Notes: a model not told the origin generated them from the letters alone. A stretch of 64,000 bases of DNA from Acidimicrobiaceae bacterium (GCA_009845995.1 VXYK01000004.1:9705-73704); one strand, 5' to 3'. Shown: positions 1-9,809, counted from the stretch's first letter. Numbers and translations are program-made.

Positions 1-1520
1 CCGGTGGCCTGGGCTATGTCGCCAACAACTGTCAGCGAACCGTTGAGCGATCGACGCGCCACCATACGCAATTCCATCGGCGAAAGGTCCTGGGCCTCGT
101 CAATACATATATGTCCGTAAGTGCGAACCGCGTCCAGCACCCGCTTCCCCGGACGATGACCCAACAGAGAGCGTGCCTCGTCAAGCAGAGGCACATCCTC
201 AAAGCTCCACACCACCTCATCGGCGTGTGGGGCACGAGGCCGATACAGACGCAGGATCTCCTCTTCGCTGAACGACTCACGATTCGCAGATTTCAACAGT
301 GCTCGGGAGCCGTAGAGGTCGTGAAGCAGATGAGCGGGGGTGAGCACCGGCCACATCCACTCAAGCGTCTCCCGGACCCCAAGATCATGCCGCATTCGTT
401 CACGCACAACCTGAGGGTCGACGTGCTTGCGGGCACTCGCAGCAAGCGTCTCAAAAAACAGGTCTTCTACAATCTTGCGGCCCGCATTGTGAGTTCGGGA
501 GCGTCTGCGGGCCACCGAGACGATTCTTCGAGACTCCGCGACAGTGATCCGCAAACGCTGCAGACCGAACCCGAAATGCTGATCAGCGCGGAGTCGTCGT
601 TGACGGTTCGACACAGCCCTGACGAGCACCTCGGTCATTCGCGGGTCGCCCTTGATACGAGCAGTGGGTTCGTCGTCGAGGGTGTCGACTCGAACCCGCG
701 GCTGAACCAGATCAGCAAGCACCGCAATGGTCACGCCGGCCTCGCCCAGCGACGGCAGAACCTGTTCGATGTATGCAATGAACAAACGGTTCGGGGCCAC
801 CACCAGGACACCCTGGGTCTCCAGAGAAAGCCGGTGAGTGTAGAGGAGATATGCAGCTCGGTGCAGTGCAACCACGGTCTTGCCGGTGCCCGGGCCACCC
901 TGCACCACCAGCAAACCCGGCATCGGCGCCCGAATAATCTGGTCCTGCTCGGTTTGAATCGTGGCGACGATGTCGCCGAGCCGTCCAGTGCGCGCCGCCT
1001 CGAGCGCGGCGACCAGCGCACCCTCGCCCCTGATTGCGGTATCGCCATCACTGTTGAGATCGGTGCGGTTGGGATCGGCAAGCTCGCCGAACAGCTCATC
1101 GTCGATTCCGAGCAGCGTGCGACCGCGTGTGGCGAAGTACCTGCGACGCTCGAGGCCCATCGTCTCAGAACCTGTCGCCCGGTAGAAGGGTTCAGAGACC
1201 GGCGCCCGCCAATCGACCACCACCGCGTTCTGATCGTCGTCCCAGACACCGACGCGGCCGATATAGAAGCGTTCATCGGTACCCGCCGGGTCGATGCGTC
1301 CGAACACCAGTGAGCGATCTCCCAGATTGAGCCGGGTCAGGCGGTTCAGGGCACCCTGGAGTACAGATTCCCTCTCGAACCGCGCCTGGTTGGTGCCACC
1401 CTGGTTGGCTTCGAACATCTCGGTGATGCGCCTGACCCGCTCCCGCGAGTCGTCAAGGCAACCGTAGGCAACGTCGAGATATGCCTGTTCAGCTTCAAGT
1501 TCTGGATGACGTTGCGACAC
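1..1520 (-). CDS. helD: HelD-family RNA polymerase recycling helicase-like ATPase (3' end runs off the window)
   Basis: Manual translation of the minus strand (absent from the ORF track because no stop is reached). GTG start at 1520. Reads FGRID...FYIGR...VVDWRAPVSEPFYRAT and LGDIVATIQTEQDQIIRAP...VQGGPGTGKTVVALHRAAYLLY...PNRLFIAYIEQVLPSLGE, typical HelD motifs. Confidence 0.9.
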   Translation of the reverse strand, partial: MSQRHPELEAEQAYLDVAYGCLDDSRERVRRITEMFEANQGGTNQARFERESVLQGALNRLTRLNLGDRSLVFGRIDPAGTDERFYIGRVGVWDDDQNAVVVDWRAPVSEPFYRATGSETMGLERRRYFATRGRTLLGIDDELFGELADPNRTDLNSDGDTAIRGEGALVAALEAARTGRLGDIVATIQTEQDQIIRAPMPGLLVVQGGPGTGKTVVALHRAAYLLYTHRLSLETQGVLVVAPNRLFIAYIEQVLPSLGEAGVTIAVLADLVQPRVRVDTLDDEPTARIKGDPRMTEVLVRAVSNRQRRLRADQHFGFGLQRLRITVAESRRIVSVARRRSRTHNAGRKIVEDLFFETLAASARKHVDPQVVRERMRHDLGVRETLEWMWPVLTPAHLLHDLYGSRALLKSANRESFSEEEILRLYRPRAPHADEVVWSFEDVPLLDEARSLLGHRPGKRVLDAVRTYGHICIDEAQDLSPMELRMVARRSLNGSLTVVGDIAQAT

Positions 1521-1617
1521 TGGTCAAATGAACTCTCAGAGGGGCCACACGGGATTGGCAACTGCGATTAGGGAGCCTTTTAGCCTAGCGGGGCGCAGAC
1601 GCCCCTACGCTGCGGGG

Positions 1618-2568
1618 ATGTTCTCAGTCGGTCTAGTGCTCGGCGCGGGCGGAGTCGTCGGCGACCCGTGGCACTGCGGCGTCCTGTCGCGGTTGGCGTC
1701 AGCCACGGGTTGGGACGCGCGCGACGCGGATCTCATTATTGGCACATCCGCCGGGGCCTTCACCGCTATCGGTTTGCGCAGCGGGGTTTCAGCCCATGAC
1801 CGAGTCGCTCGCCTTCGCGGTGAACCGGTCAGCGCCGAAGCGGCCGAGATCTATTCCCGAGTCACCACCGACTACGACGAACCTACCGTCGAACGGGATT
1901 GGCGCCCGCTCTCTTTGAAGATGTCGCTCAACGCCCTGTGGCCACCTTGGAAACCCGATCCCGTTCGAGCCGCGTGCGGAGCAATCCCCCGCGGCACTCG
2001 TTCAGGCGCTGTATCCGAACAGCGCATGAACGAACTCCACCCCGATCGCTGGACGGGGTTGCCGACCTGGATAGTCGCCGTACGAGCAAGTGACAGCCGT
2101 CGGATCGTTTTCGGGCGTGACGACGTGAGAGGGAGTATCGGCCAGGCGGCACGCGCATCCTCAGCGGTGCCGGGGGTGTATGTGCCAGCGCAGATCGGCA
2201 AGGTCGAATACATCGACGGCGGGGTCCATTCCTCTACGAACGCCGACCTCTGCGAGATGCTCGGTTTCGACCTGGTGATCATCTCGTCGGCCATGACCGG
2301 GGGTACCGGTGTGTTCGGGCGTGTCACCAATCCCATGCGCAGTTGGTTCAGCAGCAAGTTGCGCGACGAGGTCAGCGCCCTGAGGCGTCAGGGCACCGCG
2401 GTCGTGGTGGTCGAACCTCATTCGGACACGATCCAGGATCTCTCGGCCAAAAACGATGACCAGCGGGATCGAGCCGTGCGAGCCGGCGAGACCGCGGTCG
2501 ATCGACTTCTTGAAACCCCGACCGGAGCAGGCCTGAACGCTCTGATCCAACAGGCACAGCATGGCTAG
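1618..2568 (+). CDS. Patatin-like phospholipase
   Basis: LGAGG glycine loop, GTSAG nucleophile motif, DGG motif; ATG at 1618 chosen over the longer ORF start. Confidence 0.88.
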   Translation: MFSVGLVLGAGGVVGDPWHCGVLSRLASATGWDARDADLIIGTSAGAFTAIGLRSGVSAHDRVARLRGEPVSAEAAEIYSRVTTDYDEPTVERDWRPLSLKMSLNALWPPWKPDPVRAACGAIPRGTRSGAVSEQRMNELHPDRWTGLPTWIVAVRASDSRRIVFGRDDVRGSIGQAARASSAVPGVYVPAQIGKVEYIDGGVHSSTNADLCEMLGFDLVIISSAMTGGTGVFGRVTNPMRSWFSSKLRDEVSALRRQGTAVVVVEPHSDTIQDLSAKNDDQRDRAVRAGETAVDRLLETPTGAGLNALIQQAQHG

Positions 2569-3640
2569 CGTGGTCGGCGTGGGCACACCCGACAGATTCG
2601 ACGACCATTGCTTCATCCGGGCCTGCCGAGGCCTGCCCCACGAACGGGTCCCGGTGTGGTTCATGCGCCAGGCAGGACGCTCCTTGCCCGAATACCGGGC
2701 GATCCGAGGCACCGGAACGATCCTCGACGCGATCAAGAACCCTGATCTCTCGACTGAGATCACGCTTCAACCCGTGCGCCGCTACGGCGTGGACGCCGCC
2801 ATTCTCTACTCCGACATTGTCGTGCCCGCCCACGCCATCGGCTTCGGGGTCACCGTCACCCCCGGAGTCGGACCTGAGATAGAGGAGCCCTTTCGCTCAG
2901 CGGCCGACTTGGATCGCCTGCGTCCTTTGGACCCTGTGGTTGACACCCCCTATGTGCTTGAGACCGTTCGGCAGCTGGTCGGCGAGCTTGATGTGCCGTT
3001 GATCGGATTCGCCGGTGCACCTTTCACGGTCGCGTCCTACCTGATCGAGGGGCGACCATCTCGTGACTACTTGAACACCAAATCGCTGATGCTCAACGAC
3101 GAGCACCTGTGGCATTCGCTGATGGACCGTCTGGCAGATCTGGCCGTCGCCTCGCTTACTTCGCAGATCGACAGCGGAGCGTCGGCGGTTCAACTGTTCG
3201 ATTCATGGGCGGGGGCGCTGTCGGCGGCCCAATATCAGCGGTATGCGGCACCGCATTCGCAGAAGGTGCTCAGCGCGATCGAGAGCACCGGGGTGCCTCG
3301 GATTCATTTCGGCGTCAACACCGGTGAACTGCTGGAACTCATCAAAGGCGTTGGAGCAGACGTGGTGGGCATCGACTGGCGTGTGCAGATTGACAGGGCC
3401 CGGCTTCGTCTCGGCGACACCGTGGCGTTGCAGGGCAACCTCGACCCCGCGGCGGTGATTGCGGGGGTCGACGCGGCTGTGTCCGGCACCCGGGAGGTTC
3501 TTGCGCTCAACGCCGGCCACCCGGGACACATCTTCAATCTCGGCCACGGAGTGCTTCCTTCCAGTGATCCCGATGTGCTCAGCGAGGTAGTGAGGGTCGT
3601 CCACACGGAGGGCGCCGTCGGATCGGCCGACCCGACGTAG
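2561..3640 (+). CDS. hemE: Uroporphyrinogen decarboxylase
   Basis: PVWFMRQAGRSLPEYR, LIGFAGAPFTVASYLIEG, IFNLGHG. Confidence 0.97.
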   Translation: MASVVGVGTPDRFDDHCFIRACRGLPHERVPVWFMRQAGRSLPEYRAIRGTGTILDAIKNPDLSTEITLQPVRRYGVDAAILYSDIVVPAHAIGFGVTVTPGVGPEIEEPFRSAADLDRLRPLDPVVDTPYVLETVRQLVGELDVPLIGFAGAPFTVASYLIEGRPSRDYLNTKSLMLNDEHLWHSLMDRLADLAVASLTSQIDSGASAVQLFDSWAGALSAAQYQRYAAPHSQKVLSAIESTGVPRIHFGVNTGELLELIKGVGADVVGIDWRVQIDRARLRLGDTVALQGNLDPAAVIAGVDAAVSGTREVLALNAGHPGHIFNLGHGVLPSSDPDVLSEVVRVVHTEGAVGSADPT

Positions 3641-3642
3641 CG

Positions 3643-4986
3643 ATGAGCACTCGGACAGTGATCATCGGGGGCGGCATCACCGGACTGTCCGCGGCCCATC
3701 AGCTCCATCAACAGGGCGACGACTTCGTGTTGCTGGAGTCGAGCCACCGGGTGGGCGGCAAGATCGCCGGTGGTCCCGTGGAGGGTTCGGCTCTGGGGTT
3801 CGATGTGGACTGCGCAGCCGACGGGTTCTTGGCCCGCGAACCGGAAATGTCGGATCTTTGCCGTGAGCTCGGCTTGGGCGATGATCTGGTTTCGCCTACC
3901 GGGGCAGGCGCTCTTGTCTGGGTTGACGGCGCACTTCGCCCGATCCCGCCGAGTGTTCTCGGGGTACCGCTGCACCCCGAGAAGCTTGCTGATAGCGGGA
4001 TCATTTCCGACGAGGGCATCAACGAACTGACGATCCGGGGGTTCGCTGACCACCCCGGACTGGTGGGTGACGCGCCGGTCGGAGAAGTGGTCCGTGCCCG
4101 GGCCGGAGATGAGGTGTTCGAACGGCTCGTGGACCCGCTGCTCGGGGGCATCAACGCCGGCAACAGCAACAATCTGAGCATCACAGCCGGTGCTGGGGCA
4201 TTGGCCGACGCGGCCCGTAGGGGTGGGCCGTTCATTCCTGCTCTTCGAGACCACGCAGCGTCTTCAGCTCAGGGCCCCGTCTTTCATGGGATCAAGGGCG
4301 GCAGTCAACGAATCATCGACGCGCTCCAAGCTGAACTCAGCGACCACATCCGCTTGCATACACCAGCTGTCTCGCTTGAACACCAAGGAGATGGTTGGAG
4401 GATCACAACCCCGTCTGGTCCCTTCGATGGCGATCGCGTCATCGTCACGACCCCCGGGTTCATCAGTGCAGGACTGCTTGAGCCTCATTGCACGGAGGCT
4501 GCTTCGTTGCTAGCCGGCCTTGTGTACTCAGACGTTGTGCTGGTTACTTTCGTCGTCTCCTCAGAACAGGTGGACCACGACCTCGACGGCGCTGGTTTTC
4601 TGGTTCCGCGCGACCAAGGATTGTTGATGACCGCCTGTTCTTGGTCGTCATCAAAATGGAGCCACTACAACGACGGCAGTCACGCAATCTTGCGGGTCTC
4701 CGCGGGCCGGGTGGACGATCGGCGTTGGCTGGATCTCGACGAGTCAACCCTTGTGGAGACCCTGCGTCAAGAATTGGCGTTGACGGTCGGTTTACAGGGG
4801 GAATGCGTTGCGCGGGTAACTCCGTGGCGCCAGAGCCTGCCGCAGTATCTCCCCGGCCATCTCGAACGCTGCGATCAGATCGACTCATACCTGCAGCGCG
4901 ACTCACCCGGAGTAACGGTCGTCGGAGCGTCAATGCGAGGCCTCGGCCTCCCCGCCTGCGTCCGCCAAGCCCGCACCGCCGTCTGA
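3643..4986 (+). CDS. hemY: Protoporphyrinogen/coproporphyrinogen III oxidase (HemY/HemG, CgoX type)
   Basis: IIGGGITGLSAA FAD motif, LVDPLLGGINAG, GFLVP, LPQYLPGH, GLGLPACVRQA; directly follows hemE. Confidence 0.93.
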   Translation: MSTRTVIIGGGITGLSAAHQLHQQGDDFVLLESSHRVGGKIAGGPVEGSALGFDVDCAADGFLAREPEMSDLCRELGLGDDLVSPTGAGALVWVDGALRPIPPSVLGVPLHPEKLADSGIISDEGINELTIRGFADHPGLVGDAPVGEVVRARAGDEVFERLVDPLLGGINAGNSNNLSITAGAGALADAARRGGPFIPALRDHAASSAQGPVFHGIKGGSQRIIDALQAELSDHIRLHTPAVSLEHQGDGWRITTPSGPFDGDRVIVTTPGFISAGLLEPHCTEAASLLAGLVYSDVVLVTFVVSSEQVDHDLDGAGFLVPRDQGLLMTACSWSSSKWSHYNDGSHAILRVSAGRVDDRRWLDLDESTLVETLRQELALTVGLQGECVARVTPWRQSLPQYLPGHLERCDQIDSYLQRDSPGVTVVGASMRGLGLPACVRQARTAV

Positions 4987-5028
4987 CCCCACCGAGCGGA
5001 CCGTTGTCGCAGGCCCCGAGGCGCGGAA

Positions 5029-5541
5029 CTAGCTGTTCACTGTTCTTTCTATGTTGATGAACTTGCCAACCTCCTCGGCTCGGTCGGTCAGGAAGGTCAG
5101 TTTGCGCGTCTCTCCAGACTCATGGGTGTAGGTAATCCGCAATGCCTTGGTACCACTTCCACCAATTAGCCGATCCTGTGCGGTTCCTTTCATTCCCCAT
5201 CCCCCGTAATCCCTGAAAGGATCGATTTCGACAATCTCGCTATTGATGACCTGTTCAACTCCGATCTTTGTCCATGGGAAAGGCCACGCGCGCGCTCGAA
5301 TATGTGTTCCACTAACCCGAAGCTCTAGATATTGACGCAACAATCCATACGCGATGACGAGCAACAACGCCGCACCCAACGATGCACCGAACAGGACTAG
5401 GCGGGATTCACCCGAGGTGTAGAAATATATAACGGCGAACACCCCAGGGCCGGCGAACATCGCGGCGCTGACAACGAACATCGATCTACAAAATCGATTG
5501 TAATGTTCGCGGATTATCAATTCCCCCGAGGATTCACTCAT
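5029..5541 (-). CDS. Hypothetical membrane protein (two TM helices plus soluble domain with YGGWG motif)
   Basis: ATG at 5541 preceded by GGAGAGGA; two hydrophobic stretches; visibly more AT-rich than flanking genes. Confidence 0.7.
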   Translation of the reverse strand: MSESSGELIIREHYNRFCRSMFVVSAAMFAGPGVFAVIYFYTSGESRLVLFGASLGAALLLVIAYGLLRQYLELRVSGTHIRARAWPFPWTKIGVEQVINSEIVEIDPFRDYGGWGMKGTAQDRLIGGSGTKALRITYTHESGETRKLTFLTDRAEEVGKFINIERTVNS

Positions 5542-5621
5542 CAGTCGTCCTCTCCATGAATGGTGCGAAGCGCTCAAATCCTATCGCCTCAGCTCGCGAC
5601 CCCGGAACTACACTCGCCCGA

Positions 5622-6989
5622 GTGAACCGCCTTGTGACGCTTGCCGTCTTGGCAGTGGCGCTGTTGGGGAGTGCCTGTGGCAGCACGGATGGAGAACCAG
5701 GTTCTGAAGGATTGGATGACAGCTTCTATCCGAATCTGGGCAACGGGGGCTACGACGTGCTCCACTACGACATCGACCTGGATATCGATCCGGAAGCAAA
5801 CACAATTCAGGCGCTCACCACAATCACCTCGCGGGCCACCCAAGACCTTTCGGCATTCAACCTGGACCTGTCGGGTCTGACGGTTACAGAAGTCCAAATC
5901 AATGGGTCACGTGCCGAGTTCTCCCGCAGCAATACCGAACTCATCATCGAGCCCGCCGGCGCTCTCGCGTCGGGCTCAGAATTCTCAACGTCCGTCAGCT
6001 ACTCGGGATCGCCCGAACCGGTTGCCGACCCGGGTGTCCCGTACCAACCGCTCGGCTGGCAGAACATCAGGGGCACGATCCTCACAGCAAGCGAACCGTC
6101 CGGCTCAATGAGTTGGTTCCCCTCCAACAATCATCCCACCGACAAGGCGACCTTCGAGATCCGCATCACTGTGCCTACGCCGTTCACAGCAGCATCGAAC
6201 GGGATCCTCGTCGAAGAGTCCAGCGCCGACGGTTACACCACCACAACCTGGCGAATGGACGATCCGATGGCCACCTATCTGGCCGCCGTCTATGTCGGAG
6301 ACTTCGAGCGCGTCGAAACCAACCAGGCCGGTGGCCCGCTGATCCGTGACTACCTTCCCCGAGACAGCCCAGCAGAGATTGCCGAAGCTCTCTCCATCAC
6401 CCCGCAGGTGATCAGCTACTACGAGGATCTGCTGGGCCCCTATCCGTTCGACGCGTACGGCACCATCGTGATGCCGCACACACTCGGGTTTGCAATGGAG
6501 AACCAGACCCTTTCCGTGCATGGCCGCGACACGATCGACCCGTTGGTGATTGCCCACGAAATAGCGCATCAGTGGCTCGGCAATTCGTCGACGCTGGACG
6601 ACTGGAGCGAGACCTGGCTGCACGAAGGATTCGCGACCTACTTGTCGAGCATGTATATGGCCGAGCACCACGGTTGGCATCTCGACGTGAAGATGGCCGG
6701 GTGGCACGGGACCTTGTCACGCTGGAACTCGGTACCGCCGATGGAGATCGAGAATGCTCAGATGTTCGACGTTTCGGTCTATTGGCGTGGCGCACTGACG
6801 TTGCACGCCTTACGGGGCCTCGTGGGTGAAACGGTGTTCAGCGAGATTCTGCGGACCCACTACCAACAGAGCGCCAACGGCAACACGAACACCGTTGAGT
6901 TTCTCGCGGTGGTGACGCAACTCGCCGGCTCTGAAGCGGCGGAACTGGTTGAGTCGTGGCTGTACGACGATCCCATGCCGCCGTTGTAG
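5622..6989 (+). CDS. M1 family zinc aminopeptidase, predicted lipoprotein
   Basis: Lipobox LLGSAC; GNGGYDV; FAMEN; HEIAH...WLHEGFATY; start (GTG 5622) approximate. Confidence 0.92.
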   Translation: MNRLVTLAVLAVALLGSACGSTDGEPGSEGLDDSFYPNLGNGGYDVLHYDIDLDIDPEANTIQALTTITSRATQDLSAFNLDLSGLTVTEVQINGSRAEFSRSNTELIIEPAGALASGSEFSTSVSYSGSPEPVADPGVPYQPLGWQNIRGTILTASEPSGSMSWFPSNNHPTDKATFEIRITVPTPFTAASNGILVEESSADGYTTTTWRMDDPMATYLAAVYVGDFERVETNQAGGPLIRDYLPRDSPAEIAEALSITPQVISYYEDLLGPYPFDAYGTIVMPHTLGFAMENQTLSVHGRDTIDPLVIAHEIAHQWLGNSSTLDDWSETWLHEGFATYLSSMYMAEHHGWHLDVKMAGWHGTLSRWNSVPPMEIENAQMFDVSVYWRGALTLHALRGLVGETVFSEILRTHYQQSANGNTNTVEFLAVVTQLAGSEAAELVESWLYDDPMPPL

Positions 6990-7048
6990 GACCGGCAGCA
7001 AAACGGGTTGGAACAAGGTTGCCAAAGCGTTACAGTTTCGCCGTCGAT

Positions 7049-7065
7049 ATTACAGTTATGTGACA
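7049..7065 (+). promoter_or_regulatory. Candidate MtrA-type direct-repeat box upstream of the Rpf-like gene
   Basis: ATTACA-gttat-GTGACA (6-5-6 spacing), plus GTTACA at 7029; resembles the (A/G)TAACA-N5-(A/G)TAACA repeat. Confidence 0.35.
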
Positions 7066-7088
7066 AACAAGGCGGAGAAAGTACCAAC

Positions 7089-7475
7089 ATGCACGTACGA
7101 GTGAGCGCAATCGTCATCTCGCTGGCAGCACTCCTGTTCGCATCCGCCTGCACACCCGAAGAAGTCGCCCTGTACCTCAAGGTCACCGACCACGTCAACC
7201 ATGTGCTCTCCGCCGAAGAACTCAAACGCCTGCGCGACTGCGAATCAACCGACAACTACACGGCCGTCTCGTTGTGGACCAACCCAGTCGGCCTCTACCG
7301 AGGCGCCTACCAGTTTGTACAGCACACGTGGGACGGAGTGGCTGAACGTCACTTTCCCTGGTTGGTCGGCAAGGACCCCGTAGAAGTGGAACCCTGGTGG
7401 CAGGACGCCATGACCCGCGCCCTTTGGTCCGAACGCGGAAGACAACCATGGCCGATATGTGGCCTCCGAGTGTGA
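7089..7475 (+). CDS. Rpf-like (resuscitation-promoting factor) transglycosylase, predicted lipoprotein
   Basis: Lipobox LFASAC; LRDCESTDNY (catalytic Glu), YRGAYQF..HTW, QPWPICG. Confidence 0.85.
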   Translation: MHVRVSAIVISLAALLFASACTPEEVALYLKVTDHVNHVLSAEELKRLRDCESTDNYTAVSLWTNPVGLYRGAYQFVQHTWDGVAERHFPWLVGKDPVEVEPWWQDAMTRALWSERGRQPWPICGLRV

Positions 7476-7497
7476 CCGATTGTGACATTCTGTAGAT

Positions 7498-8193
7498 GTG
7501 ACAAAACCCACGGACACCAAGGCAATTGCCGTCCCCGAACAACCTGAGACAGCGAAGACCCCGAGAATCGACTCAACGGGCGAACTGCTGCTGCCCCTGA
7601 TCGCGGCAGACTCCGGCCCGGCCCGTGAATGGGCCGACGCAGCGCAAACCGACCGGATGGCGCCTCCCCACGAACTGTCCGACGGAGACGCCCACCTCAA
7701 CGTCACTCGAACCTTCTGTTTCGCCGACCTCAGCGGCTTCACGGCGTTCACCCGCGACAACGGCCCGCACGCCGCAGTGGGCCAACTCGGACAGTTCCGA
7801 CGAATCGCGCGCAACGTGGCGGCCAAACGCGGTGTCCGTGTCGCCAAATGGCTCGGTGACGGGGTGATGCTCGTAGGCACAGAAGCACCTCCCACAATCG
7901 CTCTGGGGGCGCATCTCGTTCACGCATTCTCCGACAGCGAGATCCAAGTTCGTGTCGGCATCGCAACCGGCATCGCCCTGTTGTTCGAGGGCGACGACTA
8001 CATTGGCGAACCGGTGAATCTCGCCGCCAAGCTGTGTGCCGCAGCCGAACCCGACGAGATCCTGGCGGTGGCTGAACTCGGAGATCTACCAGACTGGGTC
8101 ATCAGCGAAGACAACGTGACCATCCGAATCAAGGGCGTGGGCGCGATCGGAGGAGTCCGCCGACTCCGAGTCAAACCCGCCAAATCACCATAG
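7498..8193 (+). CDS. Class III adenylate/guanylate cyclase domain protein
   Basis: FCFADLSGFTAF, KWLGDGVM, RVGIATG, DYIGEPVNLAAKL; start uncertain. Confidence 0.88.
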   Translation: MTKPTDTKAIAVPEQPETAKTPRIDSTGELLLPLIAADSGPAREWADAAQTDRMAPPHELSDGDAHLNVTRTFCFADLSGFTAFTRDNGPHAAVGQLGQFRRIARNVAAKRGVRVAKWLGDGVMLVGTEAPPTIALGAHLVHAFSDSEIQVRVGIATGIALLFEGDDYIGEPVNLAAKLCAAAEPDEILAVAELGDLPDWVISEDNVTIRIKGVGAIGGVRRLRVKPAKSP

Positions 8194-8197
8194 GAAC

Positions 8198-9706
8198 GTG
8201 AACAAGACCCGGACGCTGTCGGTTCTCGCCGGTCTGCTCATCGCAGCCGGACTCCCGCCCTGGGGATGGTGGCCGCTCACTATCGCGGGACTGGCGCTCT
8301 GGTTCCATGTTCTCAACCAGTTGACCCCGCACACCCGGTTCGGACGTTCGCTGCTTGTCGGTGTCGCCTGGTTCTTCCCGAGCACAGTGTGGATGGCGGA
8401 CCTGACTCCGGTGGGCTGGCCCGTCGCCGCGGCCGCTTTCAGTGTGATGGTCGCCCTGGTCGGATGGATCACACCCAGTGACCGCGTATACAGGGGTGCG
8501 GTTTTCTGCGGCGCTCTCGCGTTGGCCGAATTGATCCGCTGGAACTGGCCTTTCGGCGGAGTTCCCATTTCCACGCTGCCAATGGCAGGCGTCAACACTC
8601 CTCTCGCCTCGTCAGTTCGACTCCTGGGGTCCCCCATCCTCGTCGTGTTGTTGGCGCTCGCGGCCGTGATTCTCGCCGACCTCGTCACACGCCGAAGAGC
8701 CAGTCTGGCTGCCGTGGGAATACTCGCGGCGCTGCCGCTCGCCGGATTGCTTCCGTGGGTCGCCACGACTGAGGGCGACACCGTCCGAGTCGCAGTCGTG
8801 CAGGGCGGCGGACCTCAGAACACGAGAGCCGACCTGTGCCAGAACCGACAAGTGTTCGAACGGCACATGGAGGCGAGCCAACTCATCAGCGAACCGGTGG
8901 ATCTGGTGCTTTGGCCCGAAGACGTGGTGCATCCGGCTGCCGACGGCGCCACTTCAGACCGTTGCCCGGACCCGCTGTTGGGTCGCAGCGAAGCGACAGA
9001 CCGGATCGCCCGACTGGCCGACAGGCTAGATGCCGTGGTCGTCACCGGATGGTTCGAACCGAGTGCGGACGGCGACTCCAACCTGAACTATTCGCTCGTC
9101 ACCGATTCGAGCGGAGTCACGGGCGATCGTTACGACAAGGTGCAGTTGGTGCCTTTCGGCGAGTTCGTACCGCTTCGCGGCTTCATTGAGCGATTCAGCA
9201 GCGAACTCCCGGCACGCGACGCGCGGGAGGGAACCGAACCCGCCGTGGTCGACAGCGAACTTGGACCGCTCGGCGTCTCGATCTCGTGGGAGGTGTTCTT
9301 CGACCACCGAGCCCGAGACGCGATCGGCAACGGCGGGTTGGTTCTGCTGAATCCCACGAACGGCTCGAGCTACTGGCTCACGATCGTGCAGAGCCAGCAG
9401 ATCGCGTCGAGCCAGCTGCGGGCAATCGAGACGGACCGCTGGGTGCTGCAGGCTGCGCCAACCGGATTCTCCGCCATCATCGACCCGTCGGGCGAGGTCA
9501 TTTCCCGCACCGGAGTCAGCGAACAACAGCGGCTGATCGAAACCATCAATCTCCGCGAGGGACGCACCCCCGCGGTCGTGCTCGGGGCCTGGCCGGTGCT
9601 CATCGCGTCACTGGGGATCGTGGCGTTCGCCCACCTGGATTCCCTCACTCAAGAGATCGCCAGGCGCTCCCGGGCCCGCAAACGAGCCCGCGCGCAGAAC
9701 CGTTGA
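8198..9706 (+). CDS. lnt: Apolipoprotein N-acyltransferase
   Basis: N-terminal TM helices; LWPED, YDKVQLVPFGEFVP, ISWE, RAIETDRW..QAAPTGFS nitrilase-fold motifs. Confidence 0.92.
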   Translation: MNKTRTLSVLAGLLIAAGLPPWGWWPLTIAGLALWFHVLNQLTPHTRFGRSLLVGVAWFFPSTVWMADLTPVGWPVAAAAFSVMVALVGWITPSDRVYRGAVFCGALALAELIRWNWPFGGVPISTLPMAGVNTPLASSVRLLGSPILVVLLALAAVILADLVTRRRASLAAVGILAALPLAGLLPWVATTEGDTVRVAVVQGGGPQNTRADLCQNRQVFERHMEASQLISEPVDLVLWPEDVVHPAADGATSDRCPDPLLGRSEATDRIARLADRLDAVVVTGWFEPSADGDSNLNYSLVTDSSGVTGDRYDKVQLVPFGEFVPLRGFIERFSSELPARDAREGTEPAVVDSELGPLGVSISWEVFFDHRARDAIGNGGLVLLNPTNGSSYWLTIVQSQQIASSQLRAIETDRWVLQAAPTGFSAIIDPSGEVISRTGVSEQQRLIETINLREGRTPAVVLGAWPVLIASLGIVAFAHLDSLTQEIARRSRARKRARAQNR

Positions 9707-9809
9707 CCTACCCGCCGATGGTGGCGGGAGTCACGCGGGGTAGGGAAACGGCGAATCATTGGGCATTATTCAAGGTCCGATTGTTGCCTGCGGAAGCCAG
9801 TTTTCTCCT

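Noticed and set aside
111-1313. 400-aa plus-strand ORF
   Set aside because: Codon-for-codon antisense shadow of helD, with no recognisable motifs of its own
1590-1605. GGGGCG-CAGA-CGCCCC hairpin as a rifamycin-associated element
   Set aside because: Short GC-rich inverted repeat that cannot be matched to RAE from sequence alone and is likely by chance at this GC content
7470-7503. CRP site from three TGTGAC words before the cyclase gene
   Set aside because: No TCACA half-site at 6-bp spacing, and the spacing between words is irregular (10 and 16 bp)
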